The notes beneath the pieces were generated by a model that was given only the letters and a program-made list of their open reading frames with translations, was not told where the DNA came from and made no database searches. Source: a virus (Duplodnaviria > Caudoviricetes). Taken from it: a DNA stretch of 64,000 nucleotides. Positions 46,891-57,480 of this stretch are shown here, piece by piece (within the stretch, counting starts at the first letter, position 1; each line of letters starts with the position of its first letter). The translations under genes were made by a program, and so were the position numbers. The stretch spans positions 1 to 64,000 of IMG/VR virus record IMGVR_UViG_3300029288_004207. One strand, given 5' to 3'.

Positions 46891-47286
46891 GTGATGTTAA
46901 TTGTAATAGAATCTACTAATTCTGAAAAACCTATTAATTATATGGCAGATATAATAGAATATCAATCTTTAGTAAGACAAATATTAAAAAAGACAATCAT
47001 TCCTTATAAAAGTTTATTAAAATTGATACGAGAATTATCATCTCATGATTTGATATGTGCATTTATTCCCTATCATATGAATAATATTTACAATGAGAAA
47101 ATAATTAATTATGTTCAGGAAATGCACAAGTTATATAATAGTATGATATTGGTCATTCCAAATAGAGATGAATATATAAAATTATATGGAATGTCGGATA
47201 TAAATATTAGAGGGATATCAAACTTTAAGAGTATTCTAAATTTATTATTAGATGTCAGAGAATTAAATGCAGGTAGGGAAACGTAA
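46891..47286 (+). CDS. Hypothetical protein
   Basis: AGGAG RBS. Confidence 0.55.
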   Translation: MMLIVIESTNSEKPINYMADIIEYQSLVRQILKKTIIPYKSLLKLIRELSSHDLICAFIPYHMNNIYNEKIINYVQEMHKLYNSMILVIPNRDEYIKLYGMSDINIRGISNFKSILNLLLDVRELNAGRET

Positions 47287-47353
47287 GGGGTAAATAATGA
47301 ATTATATTAAAAATATTAGTTGTATCAAAATATTAGAAAATTTGTTATAAGGG

Positions 47354-47614
47354 ATGATTCCAAAAATGAACTTAAAAGAAAAAGCAATCGCTACGGGAAC
47401 AAACATGGTTATTAAAAAGATAGGATTAAACGGTTTTGTAAATGAGTACTCAAAAATGGGAGATAAATATGATGCAGAGGCAGGTAAGAAATATAAGTCT
47501 GCTGAAGAAGAAGTTGCGCATTTTGTAGAAATAGTACCTTTATTAAAACCTGTCGAAAAAACATTAGTTCAGTTAACTCGCAACTACCGTAGGGAAAAAG
47601 GATTGTTAGTATAA
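47354..47614 (+). CDS. Hypothetical protein
   Basis: ORF. Confidence 0.65.
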   Translation: MIPKMNLKEKAIATGTNMVIKKIGLNGFVNEYSKMGDKYDAEAGKKYKSAEEEVAHFVEIVPLLKPVEKTLVQLTRNYRREKGLLV

Positions 47615-47661
47615 AATTACCTAATGTAAGGTAATTATAATTATTTATAAGGATTTTTTAA

Positions 47662-48369
47662 ATGGGAAGATACAATAATCAACAACGTTCTATATTTATG
47701 ATTACATACGCACGTTGGATAAAGGTATTATTGCATTTATTAATATTAGTTGATATTGGGATTCTATTATTCATATTTTATAAATTATTTGTATCTAATA
47801 CTATAAATGGTAGTAATAGTGTGTTTTTAATTATAATATTGGTAGTATTATTAGTGTGGTTTATTTATGAATCAAAAAAGGTAATATATAAGTATTTATT
47901 TCCATCGTTTAAAATATCAGCACTTATATTAGTATCATTTGTATTATTATTGTCATTTGCGAAAATCTCTCCTTTTAGCGAATATAAAGACACAATATTT
48001 AATAAAATTAGTTCAATGAAATGTTCTCCAACTAAAGAAGTTTTACCTGATATTCCTTTTGGAACTTATGCTATGGATAAAATGTTGATGTTTGAAGAAA
48101 ACATAACAATTAAATTAAATAGAGATTATACATATGAAATAAATTCAGAAGGTAAATTAGCTGGAGAAACATTTGGTAAAGAAAAAATAGTAGGTTATTA
48201 TGAAACTACAAAAGATTATATTACATTTATAAATGATTTAGACCAAAGAAGGGTAACTTGTTCTTATAGGTATTCTGAAAAATTTGAATGTTTATATTTG
48301 TATATATCAGAACATAGCGAACCTCAAGCATATTATAAACAAGGAATTATAGATAATATATTAAATTAA
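47662..48369 (+). CDS. Membrane protein with soluble C-terminal domain
   Basis: Three TMs then beta-rich domain. Confidence 0.65.
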   Translation: MGRYNNQQRSIFMITYARWIKVLLHLLILVDIGILLFIFYKLFVSNTINGSNSVFLIIILVVLLVWFIYESKKVIYKYLFPSFKISALILVSFVLLLSFAKISPFSEYKDTIFNKISSMKCSPTKEVLPDIPFGTYAMDKMLMFEENITIKLNRDYTYEINSEGKLAGETFGKEKIVGYYETTKDYITFINDLDQRRVTCSYRYSEKFECLYLYISEHSEPQAYYKQGIIDNILN

Positions 48370-48382
48370 GATAGGGGTTTTA

Positions 48383-50098
48383 ATGATTACTTGGTTTAAA
48401 AAATATTGGATAGAATTATTGGTTTTTGGCGGTATTTTTGCTGTATTATTAAACAATTTGAGTCCAGAAATTACATGGATGAATACTGATAGTGATGGTG
48501 CGCATTATATATTAGCGGCGAAGTATTTAACAACTGCTCACCACATGAGCGCACCACTTTATCTGTTACTTGGTCATTTATTTCTTTATATTCCATTAGG
48601 TACTGAAGCATGGCGCATGGGATTAATGAGTGTACTTGGTTCGTTTGGATGTGCTATATTTATTTACTTAATAGTAAGACATTTAATTGAACATAATGTG
48701 CCTAATTTGGTAAATAAAGTAATATTACGTAGAAATAATCCAATAAATAAAGCACGATGGTATGCGTTAATTTCTGTAATAGTATTTGGTGGTTCTGCCC
48801 TTGTTATCAGCCAGTCTATTATTATTGAAACTTACATGTTATCTACCATGTGTGCAGTAGGTGGATATTACTTTGCGTTAAAAAAGCATTGGGCATGGGC
48901 TGGTGTTGTTGTAGGGTTGGGAATGGCTATTCACCCGTTCCTATCGTTTATATCATGGGCAGTTATGTTCTTTGCGTTCAAGGAAATGCGTCAATGGAAG
49001 CACTTTTTAATCACGGTAAGTTTCTTTGCGTTTTATTTGTATATTCCTATCGTAGCTCATGTAAATCCCAATAATGATATGTGGGGTAATGAAACATCTA
49101 AAGGTTTCTTTGGTGGAACGCTTGGAATGGTTATGATGTTGACTGGCGGTATTGCCATGTGGGATATGCCCAAACGCTTAATTGATACCGTACTTATTGT
49201 AGTTTATAGTGTTGGGTTAGGTATTATCCCTATGGTTTGGTATTTTATTAAGCAAAAAACTTGGCGTAGTTCATTACTATGGCTAACGCTTATTCCTATT
49301 GCCTATTTTGCGATTAACTTAGCTATGGAAACCTACGTGTATGGCGTGGTAACAATAGCATTTGGTTCTATAGTAGTAGGATTAGGGTTGAGCAAATTAA
49401 AATGGCGTTGGGCGATTGCCACATTAATAATTGCTATTGGATTACTTGGTTTTAATGCTAATTATTATGATATTGGACGAACACTTGACCCTGAAATGTC
49501 GGCAGAAAAGTTTTACCATGAGGAACTAGCTAAAATACCTGATGGCGATAAGTTTATGGGTGGTGGCTGGACTTGGGCAATGGTATATCTTTATAACCGT
49601 GAAGAAGGTAGAAATATCATACCTATATCTATAGATGCTTTAACTGATTCTGAAAATTATTGGCAAGTATTAGATAGAATGGGTATTAAATATTCCAAAG
49701 AGTTTACTAATCCAGATGAAGGTTTGATTTCAAGGCAAGGTAAAATAGCACAATCAATCGCAGAACTTAATGATGGTGTTTGGATTGCTAAAGAAACTAA
49801 GCCTGAAGTTTATCAATATTCTATTGAACCAGCCAAAGGTAATGAGGCTTATATTGGGCGTTGGATAAGGCAGGAAATAGAACCTGGAAATTGGCAATGG
49901 AAGCCGTCAAATCCAATAAAGTATATTTCTGGAGAACTTGAAGTAAAAGAATGGAATCATGTTCTTTGGAGTAGCACGAATGGATTTTATGTTATAGGAT
50001 TAGGTGCTATAGGATGGTGCTTTATATGGGTATCTTGGAATTATATTAAACAGTGGAAAAAGAAAAAAGAGAATATTGATGAAGTTGTTAAACAATGA
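48383..50098 (+). CDS. DUF2723/GT-C-like polytopic glycosyltransferase
   Basis: SPEITWMNTDSDG...H...PLYLLLG; multiple TMs. Confidence 0.8.
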   Translation: MITWFKKYWIELLVFGGIFAVLLNNLSPEITWMNTDSDGAHYILAAKYLTTAHHMSAPLYLLLGHLFLYIPLGTEAWRMGLMSVLGSFGCAIFIYLIVRHLIEHNVPNLVNKVILRRNNPINKARWYALISVIVFGGSALVISQSIIIETYMLSTMCAVGGYYFALKKHWAWAGVVVGLGMAIHPFLSFISWAVMFFAFKEMRQWKHFLITVSFFAFYLYIPIVAHVNPNNDMWGNETSKGFFGGTLGMVMMLTGGIAMWDMPKRLIDTVLIVVYSVGLGIIPMVWYFIKQKTWRSSLLWLTLIPIAYFAINLAMETYVYGVVTIAFGSIVVGLGLSKLKWRWAIATLIIAIGLLGFNANYYDIGRTLDPEMSAEKFYHEELAKIPDGDKFMGGGWTWAMVYLYNREEGRNIIPISIDALTDSENYWQVLDRMGIKYSKEFTNPDEGLISRQGKIAQSIAELNDGVWIAKETKPEVYQYSIEPAKGNEAYIGRWIRQEIEPGNWQWKPSNPIKYISGELEVKEWNHVLWSSTNGFYVIGLGAIGWCFIWVSWNYIKQWKKKKENIDEVVKQ

Positions 50099-50351
50099 TA
50101 TTTGGAATAAAGATACAAACAGTCATTATGTGGTGTTCCTCGCACTTTGTTTTGGGTTTTGTGGCGGGGTTAGCGGTGTTCTTGTTGACCTTGACCATCT
50201 ATTATATTTCGCAGGGTGGAAACCTATCCCGTATGAATGGATGGCTGGTAGACCATTACACATTACGATGGCTATTTTGGCTGGTTGTCTCGCTCTCTAT
50301 AGTATTGCACGTCTTACAAGATTGGGGTCTAAATTGGTTTTAAAAAAATAG
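50076..50351 (+). CDS. Membrane hydrolase-like ORF, frame A (DLDH, GRPLH)
   Basis: Motifs resembling the YdjM-like metal-dependent hydrolase centre. Confidence 0.55.
   Translation: MMKLLNNDIWNKDTNSHYVVFLALCFGFCGGVSGVLVDLDHLLYFAGWKPIPYEWMAGRPLHITMAILAGCLALYSIARLTRLGSKLVLKK
50095..50343 (+). CDS. Overlapping membrane ORF, frame B (SH...HVLQD)
   Basis: ATGA-coupled to the upstream gene. Confidence 0.55.
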   Translation: MIFGIKIQTVIMWCSSHFVLGFVAGLAVFLLTLTIYYISQGGNLSRMNGWLVDHYTLRWLFWLVVSLSIVLHVLQDWGLNWF

Positions 50352-50361
50352 TGAGTAAACA

Positions 50362-52041
50362 ATGAAGCAAATATTATCACATAAGACATTATTAACTATA
50401 ATAGGGCTATTTTTATTTAGTCTTATTATAATTTTACCACCACTAATACATGGGTATGTTTATCCGAATATCGGGGATGATACTTCCGTTTATCTTGATA
50501 GGATAGAACTCATGGGCAAAGGTGAAGTTAGTGTACAATATACAGGCTATATGCTAATTGGTTATCCTATGCTATTTATGGAGAAATTATTACATTGGAG
50601 TATAGATACGCAATTTTTATGGATTAACTATCTTGTATTAATAATTGCGGGATTAGTATTGTTCTTTGTGTTCTCTAAACTTGTCAATAAGATTGCTGGA
50701 GTTATATCGCTTCTCACTGTTATATTCTGTTCGCAAGGTGTTATGTACCTATTCTATTATGGGCAAATATTTAATATCATAAATCTTACGATTGTATTAC
50801 CGATACTACTATTATTCTGTGTAAATTACATAACGCAAGGGAAATGGTATAATCTTATTTTAACTATCTTGCTATCGGTGTTATTTAGTAGCTTTCATAC
50901 TAATGGTATTTATCTGCCAGCTTTAGCAGGAATTGGTTTGGTTTTCTACCTTATATATTGTACTGTGAAAAAGGTAGAAATAAATAAAAGAATAGTTATA
51001 GTTTCTGGCACAATAACTGTTATTGCTATTGTGGCATTTATTGTATTAGTATTACTTCCAACTGCTACGGTTCTTAAAGAGTATGTAAAAAATCCATTGA
51101 TTTCCTCTTTAAATAATATCGGTAAGGGAATGACAGTCCCTCTTTATAGTTGGGCAATATCCATACTTACGCCATTCATGTTGGGCATTATTGTTATATC
51201 CGCACTGTATTATAAAAATATAAAAGAAAAATTCAATAATAAGCATAAAATATTGTTTTATATTCTATTGATACTTACAGTTATATTGGTTATTGTATCA
51301 TTCGGTAAAATATCACTAGACCCTTGGAGACAAGCGGTTGATTTGGTTATTATTATTTCCATGCTATTATCGGTATTGATGGGTATATTGTTATATAAAC
51401 ATAAATCTATCGTTTTAATAATACTTGTAGTTTTAATAATAAGTTTTGGGTCTGTTTTCCATATAAATTCGTGGTTTAAATATAATAGTGCCATGCGTGA
51501 TATTGATTTTCAAGCTATTGAATATATGAAAGATTATAAGACATTTAGTTGCTCATCTAAAGTTGCTTTTTGGGTTTATGAGCGATATACCGATTGTAAA
51601 CATAAAGATAACGATGGCGAAATTATTATTATGCGAAGTGAACCAATGACACCACGAAGCACTGAAGATAATATATGGTATCAAAAACATGGCTGGCAAC
51701 CCACTGATGAGTATGAATTAGTTAAAGAGTTTAGTGATAATCAGGTAGAAATAGATATTTATGTTGTAAAAGAATATTTTAGATTTGAACGATTACAAAA
51801 CCTATTATCAGATATGCAAGAATTTGGATTATTGAATGGTTCTCCAGAGTTATTAGGTAAATCCGGTTGGGTATGTCCTAACTGCGGAAAAAGATATATG
51901 GGATATGCTGATAATACCTGTATATTTACAGATAATCCACCTATGTTATTTTATCAGTGTAATGTGTGTGATTATAAGTATAAGTTTAAACCGATTGAAA
52001 CTGGAAATTGGTATGACGCTGTGATGATGGAAGTAAAATGA
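50362..52041 (+). CDS. GT-C-like polytopic membrane protein with C-terminal Zn ribbon
   Basis: YPNIGDD; about 11 TMs; CPNC...CNVC. Confidence 0.75.
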   Translation: MKQILSHKTLLTIIGLFLFSLIIILPPLIHGYVYPNIGDDTSVYLDRIELMGKGEVSVQYTGYMLIGYPMLFMEKLLHWSIDTQFLWINYLVLIIAGLVLFFVFSKLVNKIAGVISLLTVIFCSQGVMYLFYYGQIFNIINLTIVLPILLLFCVNYITQGKWYNLILTILLSVLFSSFHTNGIYLPALAGIGLVFYLIYCTVKKVEINKRIVIVSGTITVIAIVAFIVLVLLPTATVLKEYVKNPLISSLNNIGKGMTVPLYSWAISILTPFMLGIIVISALYYKNIKEKFNNKHKILFYILLILTVILVIVSFGKISLDPWRQAVDLVIIISMLLSVLMGILLYKHKSIVLIILVVLIISFGSVFHINSWFKYNSAMRDIDFQAIEYMKDYKTFSCSSKVAFWVYERYTDCKHKDNDGEIIIMRSEPMTPRSTEDNIWYQKHGWQPTDEYELVKEFSDNQVEIDIYVVKEYFRFERLQNLLSDMQEFGLLNGSPELLGKSGWVCPNCGKRYMGYADNTCIFTDNPPMLFYQCNVCDYKYKFKPIETGNWYDAVMMEVK

Positions 52042-52733
52042 AAGCAATTGCTATAATACCATGTTATCAAGAGGAACAAACAATAGCAGACTTGGTATTT
52101 AAGATGTATGAATTTGTTGGACAAACAATAGTGGTAGATGATAACTCAAGCGATAATACGGGTAAAATTGCACAGCAGGCTGGGGCTAAAGTTCTTAAAA
52201 AATTTGGCAAACGTGGTTTTGGTTCTGCTATGCGTGCTGGTATAGACGATGCTTTATCTGGTGATTGTGAAATAATAGTGACACTTGACGGAGATGGACA
52301 ACATAATCCTAGTGAAGCATTTAAAGTAATTAAGCCGATAGAAGAAGGAATTGCGGATGTTGTTATTGGCTCACGTTTTTTAGAGAATAACACAAATATC
52401 CCCAAGTATCGCAAGTTTGGTATAAAAGTAATTACTGCTATATATAATATAGGAAGTAAGCAAAAATTAACTGATTCACAATGTTGTTTTAGAGCATATC
52501 GGCGTGATGTGTTAAGCAAGATGCCAATGAAAGAAAATGGATTTACATTTAGTACGGAGACTTTAATACGAGCTAGAGCTATGGGATATAAGATTATGGA
52601 AGTTCCCATTAGTGTGTTGTATCATAAACAGTTTTCTAAAAATTCAACACTCAACCCTATCATTCATGGTATTTCAGTAGCTATTAGAACTTTATTATTA
52701 AGATTTAAGATTGAACATTTATCTAAAATCTGA
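52038..52733 (+). CDS. GT2 glycosyltransferase (DPM1-like)
   Basis: IIPCYQE, VVDDNSSD, TLDGDGQH, GSRF. Confidence 0.93.
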   Translation: MKAIAIIPCYQEEQTIADLVFKMYEFVGQTIVVDDNSSDNTGKIAQQAGAKVLKKFGKRGFGSAMRAGIDDALSGDCEIIVTLDGDGQHNPSEAFKVIKPIEEGIADVVIGSRFLENNTNIPKYRKFGIKVITAIYNIGSKQKLTDSQCCFRAYRRDVLSKMPMKENGFTFSTETLIRARAMGYKIMEVPISVLYHKQFSKNSTLNPIIHGISVAIRTLLLRFKIEHLSKI

Positions 52734-52741
52734 TGTAAGTT

Positions 52742-54823
52742 ATGATAGTATTACAAATAATAACGGCTATCTTAATCACATTATTACCTGGGTATTTATT
52801 ATTAAGATTATTCAGGATAAAAAAGTTATCATCATTGGATAGTATTTTATATTTAGTTGGTTTAGGAATAATCTTTAATTTGATTGTAGGATTATTAGCA
52901 AACTTTGTTATTGGCTTTGATGTAATTCATGTAGTAGGGCTTTACATGCTTTTATTAGTCTTGTTAATATTTAGCGTTGTGTTTGCTGGCAATACTGTAG
53001 AAATAAAGTGGCAAGGCTGGAAACCGTTTATTATTCCATTTGGAGTTTTTATTGTTGCTTTGCTTATGCAATATCAAACTACTTTAATTTCATCCAGTTT
53101 AGTTGGTAGCGATATTCAATTGGAATATTTTTATTCAAACTGGACATTAACCGATTCTTTTTGGAATCCATCATTATCGTTTACTACGATGACAAGTGCA
53201 TTGGGTGTAAATATATTATTACCATTTTATAATAGAATGACTGGAATGGATTTGATTTTAGTCTATAAAATAATAACTCCATTGATGTTTGCCGTATTAC
53301 CATTGATTTTATATCGCATATTCAGATTGCAATTTGGTGAACTTATATCAATATTAGCTTGTGTATTTTTTATAACAATGCCGATGTATACAATGGATTT
53401 ACCGCAGTTAATAAGGCAAGAGCAATCAGAGTTATTTTTTGTATTAGTTGTATTAGTAGTATTATCTGATGATTTATCAATATGGAATAAGATTATATTG
53501 GGCGGTTTATTCGGAATAGCTACGATTGTAATGCACTATGGGTTAGCCATTGGATTTATCGGATATATGTTTGGTGGTTTTATTATTACCTTTATTTTAT
53601 TATTGTGGTGGCGTAAAAAAATAACAGATAAGAAACCTGTATGGCATAGGTTCGCATATTTAATCATAGCTGTAGTAGCCTTGGTATCATATATTGGGTA
53701 TTACTCAAATGTCAATAATAAACTTTCTATGTGGGTTAGTTCTATACCATCAACTATTGTAGGACGTACTGTTAGTGAAGCTCAAGCTGGTGCAAGTAAT
53801 AATCCAATGGATGCGATTATAGAAACGAGAGATTTATCAGGAGACAACTATACTGTAAGCGATATACCAAAAGACGCTTATATGAAAAATCAACTTGCAT
53901 CAAATAATGAAGTTGAAGTGCCAGAGTTTCTAAAAAAGTTTCCGTTTCTTAATCCATTCTGGCGTGAGCCGTTAGTTCAAACAGCAATAGGATTAGACTT
54001 TGGCAGGGCTTCAATTTACGGGAAAGTATGGCGTATATTGCAATATATGATAGAACTTTGTCTTATGATAGGTTTCTTGGCAATCTTGTTTAAGCCACGC
54101 AAGGAAATGAAAATTGAATATATGGCGTTGGTGATAACGAGTTTCTTTATTATCGTTGGGCTTTATGTGTTGTCAACTTATTCTTATGGTATGGGTGTTG
54201 CGAGGATATGGCAGATTACCTTATTGTTTATGTCCCCATGTTTCGTTATTGGTGCAAGTATAATAGGTAAGTTGATTTGCAAGGTATTTAAAAAAGTCGT
54301 TAGTGAAAGCAAAATTGTATTAATTAGTACTTTGGTAATATTTATACCATATTTTATGTTTAATTCTGGTATCGTTTTTGAAGTTGCCAAACTGCAACCT
54401 AAAGGATTTATAGACGTTCCTTACTCATTATCATTAAGCGGTGAAAGGGTAGACCTTGCTGGATTTTTTGATAAAGATGATACATTAGCGGTTGATTGGT
54501 TAAAAGATAATATGGGTGATTTACCAGTTTATGCCGATGCAAACGGAGTAAAACTTTTAATACAGCGTATGGGTATCACAATGGATATGGATTTGGGAAC
54601 AAGCCTTGCTGGAACAATCCGATTATTAGAAAAAATGAAAGCTGATGGACAAGGTTATATATTTTTACGCAAGATAAATGTTGATAGGCAAATGTTTACA
54701 TTCCAAGGGGAATACGCTAGTCGTAGAAGTTATACATTTGATGAACTTGATATGATAATTAAAAAAATGGCAAACGGACAACTAGTTTATGATAATGGGG
54801 CAAGGATTTATAAGGTAGAATAA
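52742..54823 (+). CDS. DUF2206-like polytopic membrane protein (GT-C-like)
   Basis: LLPGYLLLR, GSDIQLEY, RQEQSELF, MHYG. Confidence 0.7.
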   Translation: MIVLQIITAILITLLPGYLLLRLFRIKKLSSLDSILYLVGLGIIFNLIVGLLANFVIGFDVIHVVGLYMLLLVLLIFSVVFAGNTVEIKWQGWKPFIIPFGVFIVALLMQYQTTLISSSLVGSDIQLEYFYSNWTLTDSFWNPSLSFTTMTSALGVNILLPFYNRMTGMDLILVYKIITPLMFAVLPLILYRIFRLQFGELISILACVFFITMPMYTMDLPQLIRQEQSELFFVLVVLVVLSDDLSIWNKIILGGLFGIATIVMHYGLAIGFIGYMFGGFIITFILLLWWRKKITDKKPVWHRFAYLIIAVVALVSYIGYYSNVNNKLSMWVSSIPSTIVGRTVSEAQAGASNNPMDAIIETRDLSGDNYTVSDIPKDAYMKNQLASNNEVEVPEFLKKFPFLNPFWREPLVQTAIGLDFGRASIYGKVWRILQYMIELCLMIGFLAILFKPRKEMKIEYMALVITSFFIIVGLYVLSTYSYGMGVARIWQITLLFMSPCFVIGASIIGKLICKVFKKVVSESKIVLISTLVIFIPYFMFNSGIVFEVAKLQPKGFIDVPYSLSLSGERVDLAGFFDKDDTLAVDWLKDNMGDLPVYADANGVKLLIQRMGITMDMDLGTSLAGTIRLLEKMKADGQGYIFLRKINVDRQMFTFQGEYASRRSYTFDELDMIIKKMANGQLVYDNGARIYKVE

Positions 54824-54896
54824 AAAAATATTGTGTAGGGTATTGCGTAAACGAAACATTCGTGATAATATATGGGTAGATAGGTATTAGTATAAA

Positions 54897-55868
54897 ATGA
54901 TGAAATTTAAAGAACTCACTAAATTTACAATAAGGCATTTTAAAACAGATAGTAAGTTAGCTTTTATTAGTAGGATGGTAAGATTTGGATTATTGAGTGT
55001 TCCAGTTATGATAGGTGAAATTAAAGTACATAAATATAGGAATGATGGCGCAGTTATTAAAAATGTCTGGGATAACAAGATGCTATTAAATCTTTCAGAC
55101 AAAGGTATCAACACAGATTTGTGGCTTTCTGACAAAAGAGAGCCTTTGATTTGTACTAAATTTCGTCAGATGTTAAGAAATGGTATGGTTGTGTATGATA
55201 TTGGGGCGAATATAGGTTATTATGCTTTACAGGAAGCAAGAATAGTTGGTAAAAGTGGATATGTTTATGCCATAGAACCTATTCCAGAAAATACACAAGC
55301 ACTTTCGGTCAATATAAAGCTCAATAATTTTAATAATATTGAAATACATGGTATAGCTATTGGGGAAGAACCGCATGAAGGTAGGATAAATGTTTCTGGA
55401 ATGAGCAATTTATCTACAATGTTAGATAAAAGCGGATACCGTGATTATGGCGATTCTATTCCAGTAAATGTAGAATCTGTTGATAGTTTTATGGTTGGTA
55501 AAAAACCACCAGATGTTATACGTATGGATACCGAGGGATATGAAACAAATATTATAAAAGGTATGGGTAAATTATTAGTTAGTGGTAGACCCCTCATTCT
55601 TTTTATTGAAATTCATTTTGATATGTTGAGACACAGTGTTATTCCCATGCTACAGACTTTAAAAAACTTTGGATTTAAGATTAAATGGGCTTCACATGAA
55701 ACGCATCCGATAATCAATAATTCGTGGATTAAACCATTTGTTAATTTATGTGAAAAAGGTATGGGGGCAAGCGGGTATTTAAAAGTTAGTATAGATGATT
55801 TAATAGCACAAGAAAAGTTCCTAAGTGGACAGGTTGAAAATCTGGAAGTTATATTTGAGAGAAAATAA
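54897..55868 (+). CDS. FkbM-family methyltransferase
   Basis: YDIGANIGYY, AIEP, IRMDTEGYE. Confidence 0.9.
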   Translation: MMKFKELTKFTIRHFKTDSKLAFISRMVRFGLLSVPVMIGEIKVHKYRNDGAVIKNVWDNKMLLNLSDKGINTDLWLSDKREPLICTKFRQMLRNGMVVYDIGANIGYYALQEARIVGKSGYVYAIEPIPENTQALSVNIKLNNFNNIEIHGIAIGEEPHEGRINVSGMSNLSTMLDKSGYRDYGDSIPVNVESVDSFMVGKKPPDVIRMDTEGYETNIIKGMGKLLVSGRPLILFIEIHFDMLRHSVIPMLQTLKNFGFKIKWASHETHPIINNSWIKPFVNLCEKGMGASGYLKVSIDDLIAQEKFLSGQVENLEVIFERK

Positions 55869-56755
55869 TGTTAGTTATTAAAGTAGTTAGAATATGTTTG
55901 TATCCACTACGATTTATATTTGGTAGTGGTATAGGCAATATTCGTATATTAAAATGGTTATTTACTAATGTGGTTAATTTGATACCGCCAAGATTTATTG
56001 TTCTTGATGCCAATGGTTGCAAACTGGGGATGACTATAGGTAGAGGTCGTGGATTTGATAGTATGGCTTCAGGATTAGTATTTGGTAAAGGGTATGAGGT
56101 AGGTACGACTAAATTATTTCAGAAACTTGTGAAATCAGGAATGAACATTATAGATATTGGCGCACATATCGGATATTATACAGTGCTTGCTTCAAGGTTA
56201 GTTGGAGAAAATGGTAAGGTATGGGCGTTTGAGCCAGAACCACGTAATTTTTCAGAGCTTCGTAAAAATATTATTCTTAATCAATCAAATAACGTTTCGT
56301 ATTATCGTATGGCAGTTGGTGATAAAATTAAAATGTCAGAACTTTACTATTCTACTAAATGGTCAGGTGAATGTAGCCTTGTTGAAATAAAACAGCGTCC
56401 TAAAGATAAGGTATCAGTAGAAGTTGTAACATTAGATGAAGCGTTGAAAGACCATCACGTAGATATAATTAAAATGGATGTTGATGGTGGAGAGATGATG
56501 GTTCTTGATGGGGCAAGAAAACTTATTGAGCAAAACAAAAATCTTATAATGTTTACTGAATGCTGGAAATATGGATTAGAAGGTGCTAATCATACAATTA
56601 AAGATTATTGGGATAAACTAAATGGTTTATTCAAGTATATTTATCAAATAGATGAGCATAATGCTTCTATAAAGTTATTAACACTTGAAAAACTCACAGA
56701 CATACTTTCAAGGGTTGACGGAATAAATATTATTTGTTCAAAGAATAAATTATGA
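55868..56755 (+). CDS. FkbM-family methyltransferase
   Basis: IDIGAHIGYY, AFEPEP, IKMDVDGGE. Confidence 0.9.
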   Translation: MLVIKVVRICLYPLRFIFGSGIGNIRILKWLFTNVVNLIPPRFIVLDANGCKLGMTIGRGRGFDSMASGLVFGKGYEVGTTKLFQKLVKSGMNIIDIGAHIGYYTVLASRLVGENGKVWAFEPEPRNFSELRKNIILNQSNNVSYYRMAVGDKIKMSELYYSTKWSGECSLVEIKQRPKDKVSVEVVTLDEALKDHHVDIIKMDVDGGEMMVLDGARKLIEQNKNLIMFTECWKYGLEGANHTIKDYWDKLNGLFKYIYQIDEHNASIKLLTLEKLTDILSRVDGINIICSKNKL

Positions 56756-57480
56756 ATATACCTGTAGGATTATTAAACAATAAACGACCCCATATCGTTA
56801 GACGCTTACTGATATTAAGTAGTCTATTAAAAGAGCATGATGAGGTATTAGATATAGGGTGTGGTGTTGGTAGTTATATCACAGACACATTAGGATACTT
56901 ACCTATAAAAATAACAGCGATAGATTATGACGATAATAGTATTGAATATGCAAAGCGTCATAACCAACATAAAAATGTGGAATATATTGTGGCTTCTGGT
57001 GAAAGTTACCGCACGGAAAAGCAATTTGATGTTATTGTTTGCTCACATGTATTAAAGCATTGCTTATATCCCGAAGTATTACTTAAAAATATAAATAGAT
57101 TATTAAAAGAAGATGGTAAGTTATTTTTGGCTATTCCTAATGGATATGGATGTTTTGAATTTGAGAACTTTGTTCCAAGACAGATAATGAAAACTAATAT
57201 AGGTAAAAAAATAATTAATAAACTAATGAGCAATGTTAAAGATACATTGAACCATGAAAATCCGCACATACAGTTTTTTACACCGACTAAGATAGTAGAT
57301 TTACTTATTTATTTAAAGTATAAAATATTAGATGAATATAATGAACAGATAATAGGTGGGGTAATTACGGATAGGACTATCTTAAAATTTCCATTTATGG
57401 AAAGGCTTAATTTATATTTAGGTGATAAATTGCCTTTTTGGATTTCTAATGGTTGGATATTAATATGTCGCAAGAGTTAA
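56752..57480 (+). CDS. Class I SAM methyltransferase
   Basis: VLDIGCGVG, FDVIVCSHV. Confidence 0.88.
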   Translation: MNIPVGLLNNKRPHIVRRLLILSSLLKEHDEVLDIGCGVGSYITDTLGYLPIKITAIDYDDNSIEYAKRHNQHKNVEYIVASGESYRTEKQFDVIVCSHVLKHCLYPEVLLKNINRLLKEDGKLFLAIPNGYGCFEFENFVPRQIMKTNIGKKIINKLMSNVKDTLNHENPHIQFFTPTKIVDLLIYLKYKILDEYNEQIIGGVITDRTILKFPFMERLNLYLGDKLPFWISNGWILICRKS

